Source: Chlamydiales bacterium (GTDB lineage Bacteria; Chlamydiota; Chlamydiia; Chlamydiales; Simkaniaceae). Taken from it: a DNA stretch of 64,000 bases. The notes below the pieces were generated by a model that saw nothing but the letters and a program-made list of their open reading frames with translations, was not told the DNA's origin and did no database searches. Below are positions 1 to 9,559 of the stretch, piece by piece. The translations under genes were made by a program, and so were the position numbers. The DNA lies in assembly GCA_024233515.1 (NCBI GenBank), contig JACKPO010000008.1, forward strand, positions 10,581 through 74,580, written 5' to 3'. The number at the start of each line of letters is the position of its first letter. Position 1 is the stretch's first letter.

Positions 1-164
1 CTTGGCACAGGAGTGGACTAGAAAACTTTCATCTAATCCCCTACTACTCTAGACGAGCACATACCTGTAGTTCAGGTCTCTTTGTAGAACACTTTTCAAG
101 TGGTGAAAATCAGGGAGCATTTGAAAGTATCACATTCCATTTTGCGTTTTTTGTTTATTTTTCT

Positions 165-3100
165 GTGAAACAAAAAGAAACGGATAAGAAGATTCAACAG
201 CAGTGGGCAATCTTTGCACTCACCTCAAACCAAGCCTTCCGGCTCATCCGCCCTTTTTGTGACTACGGATTTCCCACAAGAATTGCCTTTAGGATTGTCG
301 TCCCTGAACTGATAAAGAAAGAGGTTACCCCTCTTGTAGGATCGAAAGAAGCTTCAAGTAACCATTACAAGAAAGGGTATCAGCTCCGCTTACATGAGTA
401 TGAGAATCTATGGGTCATCTACAAAAACTTCGATGCAGAGCTGAAAGCAGGATGTTCTTTGCTCCCCTTTTTACAGGTAAAAGAAGATCGAAGAGTGGGC
501 GTTCACATTGGAGAAGGGATGATCCGCCTTTCTGGATCCTATCCTTTCGAGTGTTATGTTGCGATGCTCCCTACACTGCTAAGTATCCGGAAAGGGATGG
601 TCACCCACACAACAAAAAAGGAACAAGAAATTGATGATCCAGCATTTCAATCGTTTGCAAACATCCAAAGAATTAACCCTAAGCAAGAAAAAATTCTCGA
701 TGCAGGGCTGATCTCCCTTCTTCATCGGCTAATTACTAAAGGGGGAAACACAGCTCTCCACCTTTCTCATACCTATTACCATCAATACTATACCTCTTCT
801 ACTTTCACCCTTAAAGTCCATTGGAAAGGAGGGAATTACCAAACCACCTGGCACTATCCCCCTTCTCTCGATCAACTTATAGAGGTCCTCTCCACCTTTT
901 TTCATGGATGTTCCCTTGAGGAATTTGCAAAAGGAGTCCATGAAACCTCCATGCAATGTGATGGAATTGGCCCGACTTTCCATCCTTTGATCGACTACAT
1001 CCAAGGAGAACTTTTTTACGACGGAGACATCTATTTTAAGGTCGGCGGAGTCTGGTTAAAAGTTCTAAACCAACACCTCGCTACAACAGAACGGAGCTTT
1101 ATCGAGCTATTGAAGGCAATCCTCGCCACAAAAGAGAACAAAAAGGGGCATCTACTTGATAATCAATGGATTTCGAAAGAGGAATGGGTCGCCTTTTCTC
1201 CTAAAGATTATCCTTCACCTCCCTCTGAAGAAACAAAAAAAGCCCTTGAAGAAGCCACCTTTAGTTTTATTGATGCGAAAGGGAAGGTCGTCGTCCCCTA
1301 CCCAACAAGAGCTCTTTTTACAGACCAAAAAACATCCATCATCAAATCATTGAAAAAGAAGTGGGCAGAATTAGAGGATTGGTTAAAGGAAAACGAAGGT
1401 AAAGTTGTCACCGCAAAAGACCTTCAAGCTATCTTTTCCAAAAAAAAGGATACGGGGAAGGTTAAGGATTTATCACCTGAAGTGTTTAAGCTTCTTCAAA
1501 CTCCTTACCATGTCCTCCGTTCTCTCCAAAAAAACGTGGGTTCCGTTGCTCCCGTGGGGAAAAGTGAAGAGGTGAATGTTTCAGATTTAACTCAGTTTAA
1601 AAAACTTAAAGGAACACCAAATTACATCTCAGATAATTTTGATCTCCTCTCTCAACTCTTAGCCAACAATAGCTCTGTCAAGGAAGGTGACTTAACCTTT
1701 ATTCAACCCGATAGCAAGAAGAGAAAAAAAACCTATGAATGGCTAACCACAAAGCACTCTCTAGAAGCTGAATTCTCAGACCGCTGTGTTGCTCAAGGGC
1801 CCATTCCAAAAACAATAGAAATGGCTTCAGAGCTTCGTGCTTTTCTTGAAGAAAAGCATCGCGACTACCAATTAGTGATGGATGAGGAACACTATAGCCG
1901 CCTTTTCTTAAATCGCACAGGGTATCTCGTCTGTGATCAAGTTTTTCCCGGAGAGCGGAATCATGTCGAGCTTTTCGACCTTCTCTATTTTGGAGAAGAT
2001 GGAAAGCTTTATCTCTATGCAATCAAAGAAGGGTTTGGGACAAGTACAGGCATTGCTTGCACTCAAATTCGTGTCGCAGCAGAATCGATTGAAGCTGCAA
2101 GACGTTCAGGATCTGAAATTATCAGTGAGCTTTATGATGCCGCCGTCGGTACAAAAGCCACAACAGATTTTAGAAAAAAGCTCATCAAAGATTTGCTAAA
2201 AGTGGGGAAAAAGGCTTTTGTCAACTTTTTTAAGGAAAGGGAAATCATCTTTGTCTACGCTTTTTTGGACACAGGAACAGAGGACCACCGCCTCAAAGAT
2301 GAACTCAACCTACAAACCACAATCACCTCCTCTATGCTTAAAGAGAGCGCAACAGATCCACTGCTCACCCTTGATTTTCTCGTTGCAATGGGTTTTTTAG
2401 ATGAAAACTATCGCCTTCTCGATGCATTTCTTCAGACTCCATCTGGCAAGTTCAAGGCAAAGTGTGAGGCCTTTATTCAAGAGGTTTTTAATGCACTACA
2501 GTCTAAAAGGGATATTGACCAAGTTCTTCTCACTCTTCAACTCACCTCAACTCGGAATATGGCTCTTCAAAACCTATTAAAAAAGAAGAAAATTGCCTCA
2601 AATCGAGAAGGACTCACCCTCCCTGCTCTTCAAAATGAGCTCATGGCCTTCGATCCTAAAAAAGTCGCTAAAACCCTGTGGGGTCAAGTCTCACAATTTG
2701 ACTCGATGATAGCAAAAATTGAGCTCATTAAATTGAGGAAAGAAATCACAGCAAAAGGATTTCAACTACAAATCATTCAGCTCGATAGACCTGGGAAAAC
2801 TGCAGCTCGCCCTCCTCTCAATGTCCTTGATGACACCTCTCTAGCCCCTTCTGTTTTCCATACCGCAACCATCCCCTATGATGGAGATCTTTATTCCTAT
2901 GGAACAACCCCTTATTCCCTAGAAGAAATATTCATGACGTTTTTAGGAGAGGATTCCCCTTTCCTATGCCGAAAACTTCTTAGCACTCTTTTTAACCAAA
3001 AACTCGATACTTTGAAAGAAAGTGACCTGGCACAATTGGCGTCGCGTTTTGACCACGCCTTGGTAATTGTCCATGTTGATCATCCTCAGCAAGCTCCTAA

Positions 3101-4124
3101 AGCAGAACCAGATGTTCCCATGATTCTTCTCATTAAAGATAGCCATGACCAATACTATATCTCAAAAGAGGCGGGCCTTCCCCCTCTAGAAACCTCGAGA
3201 GAGCGGAGCACCCTTTTTCAAGATCTTAAAAGTTCAACTTTTAACTCCTTAGGAATTGTCAATAACGGAAATGATTGCTTCCTCAACGCTACGATGCAAT
3301 TTCTCATTCACTCCCCAATAATTTACTCTTTGATTGAGCGGCGGAAGGAAGCTCACCCTTTTGCGCTCCAATTTGCAAATTTTGTATTGGAATATGCTGA
3401 AGGGGACGCTCAAAAAATGACCACAAAAGCCATGCGCCATTCTCTTGTTTTCTCTCCCTATTCTCAAGAGGATGCTGCAGAAGCTCTTGGGAAAATGCTG
3501 GAAGCCTTCGATATAGCAGAACTTGCTCCAAGTTTTACAATTGAAAGAAAGATCAATACAGATGCAGCTTTTGAGTGCGAAGCAACAGAGCCAACTCCCC
3601 TTAAAGAACTTGAAAAAGTAGAAGGTGATGTCCGTTCCATTATTCATCTCCCTATTCCTGAAGGCGACTCCCCATCTCTTGCCGACTGTTGGAATCTTTA
3701 TGAAGAAGAGCGAGAAATAGGGGACTCTATCGTTTACCTAGAAAATGATAAAAGCTACAAGGTTGAGAGATATATGGAGGCAATTTCTCTCGAAAGCGAA
3801 CCCGAATTCCTCTTGCTGCAAATCAAACGGTTCACCTGGAATGAAGCCCTTAAAAAAAGGGAGAAAATAGAAAAATTGATCGGTGTAACTGAGGAAATGA
3901 CCATTCATGAGATCCCTTATCGAGTTGTCGGATTCATCAATCATGAAGGCGCCTCTCCTAAAGTGGGGCATTATACTGCAACCGTTCTTGTGAACGGAAC
4001 CTGGACCCACTTTAACGACGAAAACGTTACTCTAAAAGATGATTTCGCAGCTGTTCAAGAAGAGGCTAATACTTCTTACATTCTCATGCTTCACAAAGTA
4101 AAAGAAAAGAGGGAAGATTCTTAA
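165..4124 (+). CDS. Large multidomain protein: N-terminal DUF6119/TIGR04141-like region with PD-(D/E)xK-like motif, C-terminal USP (peptidase C19) deubiquitinase domain; candidate effector
   Basis: 1319-aa ORF with GTG start. USP Cys box GIVNNGNDCFLNATMQFL, QEDAAE motif and His box HEG-x5-GHYTA...W.HFNDENV. N-terminal FALT..AF.L....DYGF..RIA, YFKVGGVW and E.HY...YLVCD...VELFDLL...YAIK resemble DUF6119. Confidence 0.8.
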   Translation: MKQKETDKKIQQQWAIFALTSNQAFRLIRPFCDYGFPTRIAFRIVVPELIKKEVTPLVGSKEASSNHYKKGYQLRLHEYENLWVIYKNFDAELKAGCSLLPFLQVKEDRRVGVHIGEGMIRLSGSYPFECYVAMLPTLLSIRKGMVTHTTKKEQEIDDPAFQSFANIQRINPKQEKILDAGLISLLHRLITKGGNTALHLSHTYYHQYYTSSTFTLKVHWKGGNYQTTWHYPPSLDQLIEVLSTFFHGCSLEEFAKGVHETSMQCDGIGPTFHPLIDYIQGELFYDGDIYFKVGGVWLKVLNQHLATTERSFIELLKAILATKENKKGHLLDNQWISKEEWVAFSPKDYPSPPSEETKKALEEATFSFIDAKGKVVVPYPTRALFTDQKTSIIKSLKKKWAELEDWLKENEGKVVTAKDLQAIFSKKKDTGKVKDLSPEVFKLLQTPYHVLRSLQKNVGSVAPVGKSEEVNVSDLTQFKKLKGTPNYISDNFDLLSQLLANNSSVKEGDLTFIQPDSKKRKKTYEWLTTKHSLEAEFSDRCVAQGPIPKTIEMASELRAFLEEKHRDYQLVMDEEHYSRLFLNRTGYLVCDQVFPGERNHVELFDLLYFGEDGKLYLYAIKEGFGTSTGIACTQIRVAAESIEAARRSGSEIISELYDAAVGTKATTDFRKKLIKDLLKVGKKAFVNFFKEREIIFVYAFLDTGTEDHRLKDELNLQTTITSSMLKESATDPLLTLDFLVAMGFLDENYRLLDAFLQTPSGKFKAKCEAFIQEVFNALQSKRDIDQVLLTLQLTSTRNMALQNLLKKKKIASNREGLTLPALQNELMAFDPKKVAKTLWGQVSQFDSMIAKIELIKLRKEITAKGFQLQIIQLDRPGKTAARPPLNVLDDTSLAPSVFHTATIPYDGDLYSYGTTPYSLEEIFMTFLGEDSPFLCRKLLSTLFNQKLDTLKESDLAQLASRFDHALVIVHVDHPQQAPKAEPDVPMILLIKDSHDQYYISKEAGLPPLETSRERSTLFQDLKSSTFNSLGIVNNGNDCFLNATMQFLIHSPIIYSLIERRKEAHPFALQFANFVLEYAEGDAQKMTTKAMRHSLVFSPYSQEDAAEALGKMLEAFDIAELAPSFTIERKINTDAAFECEATEPTPLKELEKVEGDVRSIIHLPIPEGDSPSLADCWNLYEEEREIGDSIVYLENDKSYKVERYMEAISLESEPEFLLLQIKRFTWNEALKKREKIEKLIGVTEEMTIHEIPYRVVGFINHEGASPKVGHYTATVLVNGTWTHFNDENVTLKDDFAAVQEEANTSYILMLHKVKEKREDS

Positions 4125-6301
4125 AAGTCAGGTTGGATCTTTTGGAAGAACTTGGCGCTGAAATGGGGCTGCAGCACCTTCATGATCTTGTCATGATCGC
4201 GGGTCAGGTACATACTCAGAATACTGAGAGCGCTCGCCATCCGGCTGAAGCGCTGGTAGTCAACGAGACGTTCCCGCACGGTCAGGGCGGGTCCGCAGAG
4301 GATCCAGAGCAATTGATCTTGCTCCTCAAGGGTCCACTTTTCGTTTTTCCCTAAAAGTTTAAGGAGGGCGAAAAAGGCTGCACTGGATGTTGCTCCCACA
4401 TCGATCCCATCTTTACAGGAGAAAGTGAACGTATCGGGCTGAACCATCTCGAGAATTTTGAGCTCAAGGAAGAGGTAAAAGATTTCGATAAAATCAAGTC
4501 GTTCTTTACGCGGAAGCTTCACCTTTCCTTTAAAGAAATGGTCGTGAATGAACGGGATGATTTTCTTCACGTAGGTCTGAAGTGATTTCTCATCGATCTG
4601 TTTGGAGAAAAAGTATCCACACTCATGCCCACTGAGGAATTGCTCCTCCAGGAGTTTCAGGAAATCTTCTGTTCGATCAACTTTGAGGTACTCTTCCGAT
4701 TGAAAGTAGAAGTCGTTTTTCTTCGGCAGGGTCACCAAGATAAATTGATTGGAAAACTCTGCTTTCCGCTGCATTTTTTCAAGGACGTCGCATCGCGCAT
4801 GTTCTTCCCAAGTCGTTGCATCTTGAAGGTTGAAGTGAAGATGCTTACTCAGCCCTTTTTTTGTTTCAAAGTGGCGGAGAAACCCCTTAAACTCCTCGAT
4901 GACTTCTGCTTTGTTTACATGGGTATGGAATGTGGGGCATGGAATTTTCAAACAAGAGGCATCGAAAGCGCTACTTGAAAAGGAGTAGAGATAGTAGGGA
5001 GGATTTCCCTGGTTGATCGGGTCGAACCCTTCTTTTTCATTCCGGTCTTGAAAGATATCGAGGGTCTTAAACAGTGGTCCTGAAGGGTATTTTTTGAGCA
5101 TTTCTGTCACGTTATCGTGGAGCTCAAAGATTTCGGTCATCAGCGCATCGGTTGAGATCTCTTTTACACGCGCAGGTGGCGCATTATCCCAAGCGCGTTT
5201 GATCAGATCGTTTAGGTAATCAAGCATCTCTTGTTTTTTTCCACTATGAGTGAAAAAGGCAAACGAAAGGGCATGGATCAAATGGACAATGGCGCGGGTA
5301 AGTTGATCGGTCTCTTCATCGGAGAAGTTGATCAACCCCTGATAATCAGGAGAGGCTAGAATTTCACGGAGGAATTTATGGAAGTCTTTGAGATAGCGCG
5401 TACAGACCTTCCCCATGGTATTTTCCTGCAAATTATGGGGATTACAGGCGAGCATGAGGGACATTGTCATTTTGAGGACGCTTCCGACAATCGGCACCTC
5501 TTTATGGTGCATCGCATCGGCATAAAAGTCGCTCAGCTCGTTTCTTGCGCTATCACGAATCTCCTCCGCAATCATTTGCGCTTCATGGTCGATCAGAATA
5601 TTAATTCTGAGAAGGGGATCCTCCCCTTCAAACCCCATGATAATTTCATCGAAGTCGCTGACGAGCTTGATATGTCTGAGGAGGTTACGATTGAAGAAGG
5701 GTTTCCCATCATCTTTGCGGATATAAAAGAGCTCATACTGCTTGTCCCGCTTGACCATCTCTAAGTCTTTCAGTCCTTGCTTTTCGATGTCGATCTTTTC
5801 ATCTTCGACAGCCCACTCTTCTTCCCACTTGGCTTCGCTTGCAAGGACCTCTTCGAACCGTTTCAGGATATTGGTCTTAAAGTACTTCTTGAGATCTTTA
5901 TATTCTTTGATCTCTGTGACCTTCCCCTCTTTATAGGTATGGTTAAAGAGGGTGGTACATTTATCGAGTTTATCGGCTGCTTCATCGGCGAGAACCATGA
6001 TCGCTTTAATCCCCCGTTGGGTATCGCGATCTTTGAGCTGAGCTCGATCTTTGGTGTAAACGTGTTCGAGATATTTGTGGACTGTTTTAAAGGTCCCTTT
6101 GACAGCAGAGAGAGTTTCCTCTTTTTCCTCAGAATTTAACTCTTTGAGCACATGTAGATTCCGTTTGACCCCCCGAGAAACCCCCTCTTTGTCATCGGCA
6201 ACATCGAGCTCAGCCATCCCCGATAGATTATCGACCGCATCCATGATCGACATCTCATCTTTCTTCTTCTTTGCCTTACCCTTAGCTACCTTCTTCGCCA
6301 C
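4121..6301 (-). CDS. Conserved chlamydia-type hypothetical protein with a degenerate CX5R phosphatase-like motif
   Basis: 726-aa ORF with a charged helical N-terminus. C-terminal FSCKDGIDVG resembles the CKxxxDR loop of phosphoinositide phosphatases but lacks the Arg. Confidence 0.7.
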   Translation of the reverse strand: MAKKVAKGKAKKKKDEMSIMDAVDNLSGMAELDVADDKEGVSRGVKRNLHVLKELNSEEKEETLSAVKGTFKTVHKYLEHVYTKDRAQLKDRDTQRGIKAIMVLADEAADKLDKCTTLFNHTYKEGKVTEIKEYKDLKKYFKTNILKRFEEVLASEAKWEEEWAVEDEKIDIEKQGLKDLEMVKRDKQYELFYIRKDDGKPFFNRNLLRHIKLVSDFDEIIMGFEGEDPLLRINILIDHEAQMIAEEIRDSARNELSDFYADAMHHKEVPIVGSVLKMTMSLMLACNPHNLQENTMGKVCTRYLKDFHKFLREILASPDYQGLINFSDEETDQLTRAIVHLIHALSFAFFTHSGKKQEMLDYLNDLIKRAWDNAPPARVKEISTDALMTEIFELHDNVTEMLKKYPSGPLFKTLDIFQDRNEKEGFDPINQGNPPYYLYSFSSSAFDASCLKIPCPTFHTHVNKAEVIEEFKGFLRHFETKKGLSKHLHFNLQDATTWEEHARCDVLEKMQRKAEFSNQFILVTLPKKNDFYFQSEEYLKVDRTEDFLKLLEEQFLSGHECGYFFSKQIDEKSLQTYVKKIIPFIHDHFFKGKVKLPRKERLDFIEIFYLFLELKILEMVQPDTFTFSCKDGIDVGATSSAAFFALLKLLGKNEKWTLEEQDQLLWILCGPALTVRERLVDYQRFSRMASALSILSMYLTRDHDKIMKVLQPHFSAKFFQKIQPDF

Positions 6302-6325
6302 AACTTCCCCCGTATCTTATACTCA

Positions 6326-7147
6326 TTATGGATGAGGTTCGATATATTGATCAATTTCAATTTCTCGTTCGGTGACGTTGAAAAATCCTGGGACCACATG
6401 GTTATTTTTATCAAGAAGCTCTAGCTTAACCTTATGCTTGCCGGCTGAAAGATTGTAGATATAGTAGGGAACATATTTGGTAAGTATCTGAACGCTTTTC
6501 CCATCAATCGTGAGCCCTACTTTATATCCATCTGGCGAAAGAGAGCAGTTCGACAGTAAGAAATCCAAAAGAATCGGATTCGATTTTGAAGCAGGATAAT
6601 TTCCTTGTGGCTCATTATAAGTGAGAAATGGTTTTTGAAGATCGATATTTAGGGTATCAGCTTTTTTCCGATCTTGATAGTAAAAGACCTCCACAGAAAA
6701 GGGGCCATGCCCTTTTAAGCTCTCTCCATAGGAGCGGGCAGGAAAAGCACGAATCACATGTTGACCCGGCTTGAGGGTAAAGGGAATATGAAAACTTAAG
6801 ATCTTATCATAATATTCACGATTTTCAACAAACGAGTCTTCAAACGACTGATTATAGATCACGTAAGGATGATTATCGATGATGACATGGATCGCTTGCC
6901 CATCTGGGTCATTGTAGATCTCTTTAGCTCGATCATTTTGCGTGATCACTCCCAGTGGAAATCCCTCAATCCGCATTTGGACATTGATCGGCGACTTCCG
7001 CTTATTTTCATAAGGTCTTGGAAAAACAATCTTTGTGACGATCGTGTTCGCTTCTGGAGTCGGTTGTACAGGAGTCACATAGACCTCACCACTCCCAAAT
7101 AGGCAGCTCTGAAGAAAAAGTAAGACTAGTCCAAGTGTTTTATTCAT
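6326..7147 (-). CDS. Exported hypothetical protein with two related beta-rich modules
   Basis: 273 aa, N-terminal signal peptide, GQAIHVIIDNHPY and RAFPARSYGES motifs; co-oriented and overlapping with the upstream MFS gene. Confidence 0.7.
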   Translation of the reverse strand: MNKTLGLVLLFLQSCLFGSGEVYVTPVQPTPEANTIVTKIVFPRPYENKRKSPINVQMRIEGFPLGVITQNDRAKEIYNDPDGQAIHVIIDNHPYVIYNQSFEDSFVENREYYDKILSFHIPFTLKPGQHVIRAFPARSYGESLKGHGPFSVEVFYYQDRKKADTLNIDLQKPFLTYNEPQGNYPASKSNPILLDFLLSNCSLSPDGYKVGLTIDGKSVQILTKYVPYYIYNLSAGKHKVKLELLDKNNHVVPGFFNVTEREIEIDQYIEPHP

Positions 7148-8691
7148 AGGTCCTCATCCCTTTCCTTAACCTTTTTCTTAAAAATAAGCAACGTCACGAC
7201 AAAGGCTAGAAAAGCAACAAGGGCCGTGACGAGATTAGTCACAGCAAACGCCGTTGTTGAGGTCTCGATCAGTCCCTTATTAATATAGTCAAGGACCTGA
7301 GGCTTCAGAGCTTTGGCTGCCTCAACAGATCGAGGAAGGTTATTGAGGAGTCCTTCAAACAGTGGAGGATCTAGAGCTGCGGTCCCTGGTCCTTTGAGAA
7401 GCTTGTCGCGAAACAAGGCATCTTGAACATTCACTTGAACCGCGCCGAGAACAGCCACTCCAATGGTCGCTCCCGTGAAGCGGAGGGTGTTATACATCCC
7501 CGTGGCCACCCCCGTTTTTGTTTTAGGAACAGCGCTGAGCGTTGCTGCGCTTGCAGGAGTCATCACAAAAGAGATTCCCGCCCCAAACGCAAAGAGCGCA
7601 GGAAAGAGGAGAGCTACCTTTTGGTACTGCAAAAAGTAAGCAAACCAAAGGAAGCAGATCAAAAGAAGGGCAAATCCAATCGCTAAGGGGAGGCGGGGGC
7701 CCCGTCGATCGGCCAGGTTGCCACTAATCGGGGCAAAAAGCATGAGAGGAATCGTTCCAATCGCCGTAATCAGTCCTGCAATCATCGGTGAATCAGTGAT
7801 AATTTTCTGAAAAAAGAGAGGCCAAAACACCGTGATCATCAAAAGAAATTGGGCGCAGATAATCAAAAGACATCCCCCTAAAAATGTCCGATTCCTAAAA
7901 AGGCTGAACTTAAAAAAGGGAAACGGCGAAAACCGCTCTAATCCGCGGACCGCCAAGAAAAAAGTGATCGCAAGAAGGAGGAAGAAAATCGTCTGCCATG
8001 ACTCCCATCCCCATTTCTTCCCTTCCATAAGACCAATGGTTAAGCAGGTAATCGCTGCAGACATCGTAAAAAAACCAAGAAAATCGAACGTCTCATTTTG
8101 TTTCACCGATTTTGGAACCGCTTTCAGCATCATGATTATCCCAAAGGCAGCAATGGGAGGGTTGATCCAAAAGGCCCACCGCCAAGAAAGATATTGGGTA
8201 AACGCTCCTCCCACAAAGGGACCAAGAGAGAGGAAAAGAGAACCGACGGCCACCACAATTCCGATCGCTTTCCCCCGTTTATTTTCTGGAAAGGCATGGA
8301 TGAGAAGAGACATCCCAGCAGGAGACATCATCGCCCCACCCGTCCCTTGAATCGCGCGGCTCATCACCAGCCACCATCCTGATTCAGCAAAAGCCCCCAT
8401 GACAGAAGCTAATGAGTAAATCCCCACTCCTAGACAAAAGATTCTTCGCGCTCCAAAGAGATCGGCAAGACGTCCGCCAGCAATGACAAAGATCGCTGTC
8501 GCCAGAAGATAAGCATTGATAATCCACTGCAAAGTGCTCAGCGAAACGCTTAGCTCCCGTTGAATGGTTGGGAGAGCCACAGGGAAAAGGGTCGCATTCA
8601 AAAAGATGAGCGACGTGCAGCAGATCATTGCGATCAGGATAAAGTTCTTCTTTCCAGAAATCGTCATTCCTCTATAATGGCTCCTTATCAA
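7144..8691 (-). CDS. MFS transporter, DHA2 (EmrB/QacA) family
   Basis: About 14 hydrophobic segments, motif A GRLADLFGARR, motif C GPFVGG, VALPTIQREL. True start may be the ATG at 8667. Confidence 0.9.
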   Translation of the reverse strand: MIRSHYRGMTISGKKNFILIAMICCTSLIFLNATLFPVALPTIQRELSVSLSTLQWIINAYLLATAIFVIAGGRLADLFGARRIFCLGVGIYSLASVMGAFAESGWWLVMSRAIQGTGGAMMSPAGMSLLIHAFPENKRGKAIGIVVAVGSLFLSLGPFVGGAFTQYLSWRWAFWINPPIAAFGIIMMLKAVPKSVKQNETFDFLGFFTMSAAITCLTIGLMEGKKWGWESWQTIFFLLLAITFFLAVRGLERFSPFPFFKFSLFRNRTFLGGCLLIICAQFLLMITVFWPLFFQKIITDSPMIAGLITAIGTIPLMLFAPISGNLADRRGPRLPLAIGFALLLICFLWFAYFLQYQKVALLFPALFAFGAGISFVMTPASAATLSAVPKTKTGVATGMYNTLRFTGATIGVAVLGAVQVNVQDALFRDKLLKGPGTAALDPPLFEGLLNNLPRSVEAAKALKPQVLDYINKGLIETSTTAFAVTNLVTALVAFLAFVVTLLIFKKKVKERDEDL

Positions 8692-8704
8692 CCTCTATAT
8701 AGCA

Positions 8705-9559
8705 ATGAGACGATTCCTCAAACTTTTTTTGATCCTTGGGCTATTTTTTGGCGTTGAACGCCTGTGTCACCGTGCAACCGATGGGTTTGCGATGGTCAAC
8801 GTCTATGCCCCTCCTGGAAATAACGAAAAATGGAAAACAAAGGAGCCCCTTCCAGAAGGTCTTTGCGACCACCCTTTCCACTATTTAAGTTCTGGCAGTC
8901 AATCCTATGTCTTCGTCTCCGAAGATGGAAAAACGGCCCTAAAACTTTTCAAATTTCAGCATATGCGTACCCCTCCGATTTTAGATTTCCTTCCCTCCAA
9001 AGGGAAACTAGGAGAAAAACGGGCAAAAAAACGGAAAGTCCTGGAGCGCACGCTTGATAGCCTCACCCTTGCCTACAAAGAGATGAAAGAAGAGACAGCC
9101 CTTCTTTACCTCCATCTCGCAAAAACAAATCACCTGAAGCAAACGATCACCCTCACCGATAAAATTGGACGGACCCACACCCTTGATCTTGACGGAGTCC
9201 CGTTCCTCCTCCAAAAACGGGGCACTCTTGCCTATGAAGCGATCGATGGCTGGATGGCAAAAGGAGAAAAAGAAACCGCTGAAAAAGGGCTCTCTGCCCT
9301 TTTCGCCCTTGCAAAAGAGCGGTGCCAAAAAGGGATTTTCGATAAAGATCCCGACTTTAGCACCAACTTTGGGTTCATCGGGAACCAACCCTTTCAGCTC
9401 GACTTTGGCCGCCTCTCTTATGCTGAAAAAGAAAAAGACCCTGAAGTCTATGGCCCCGAACTTATCCGGATCACCCGCGCGTTTGAAACCTGGATCGCCG
9501 AAAATCATCCCGATTTGTTAGACTCGTTTAAAAAGGAGCTTGCACTCTGCCTAAACTAA
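8705..9559 (+). CDS. Exported or membrane-anchored atypical kinase-fold protein (paralog 1)
   Basis: N-terminal hydrophobic segment; YLSSGSQSYVF (Gly loop), ALKLFK (beta3 Lys), DKDPDFSTNFGF (catalytic-loop-like) and LDFG. Confidence 0.75.
   Translation: MRRFLKLFLILGLFFGVERLCHRATDGFAMVNVYAPPGNNEKWKTKEPLPEGLCDHPFHYLSSGSQSYVFVSEDGKTALKLFKFQHMRTPPILDFLPSKGKLGEKRAKKRKVLERTLDSLTLAYKEMKEETALLYLHLAKTNHLKQTITLTDKIGRTHTLDLDGVPFLLQKRGTLAYEAIDGWMAKGEKETAEKGLSALFALAKERCQKGIFDKDPDFSTNFGFIGNQPFQLDFGRLSYAEKEKDPEVYGPELIRITRAFETWIAENHPDLLDSFKKELALCLN

Noticed and set aside
1-164. Possible 3' end of an upstream gene or regulatory element
   Set aside because: Too little sequence is available, and there is no supportable ORF or motif.
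7423-8757. Antisense ORFs over MFS genes (also 33850-34221 and 62422-62961)
   Set aside because: These are typical shadow ORFs of hydrophobic genes with no independent coding evidence.
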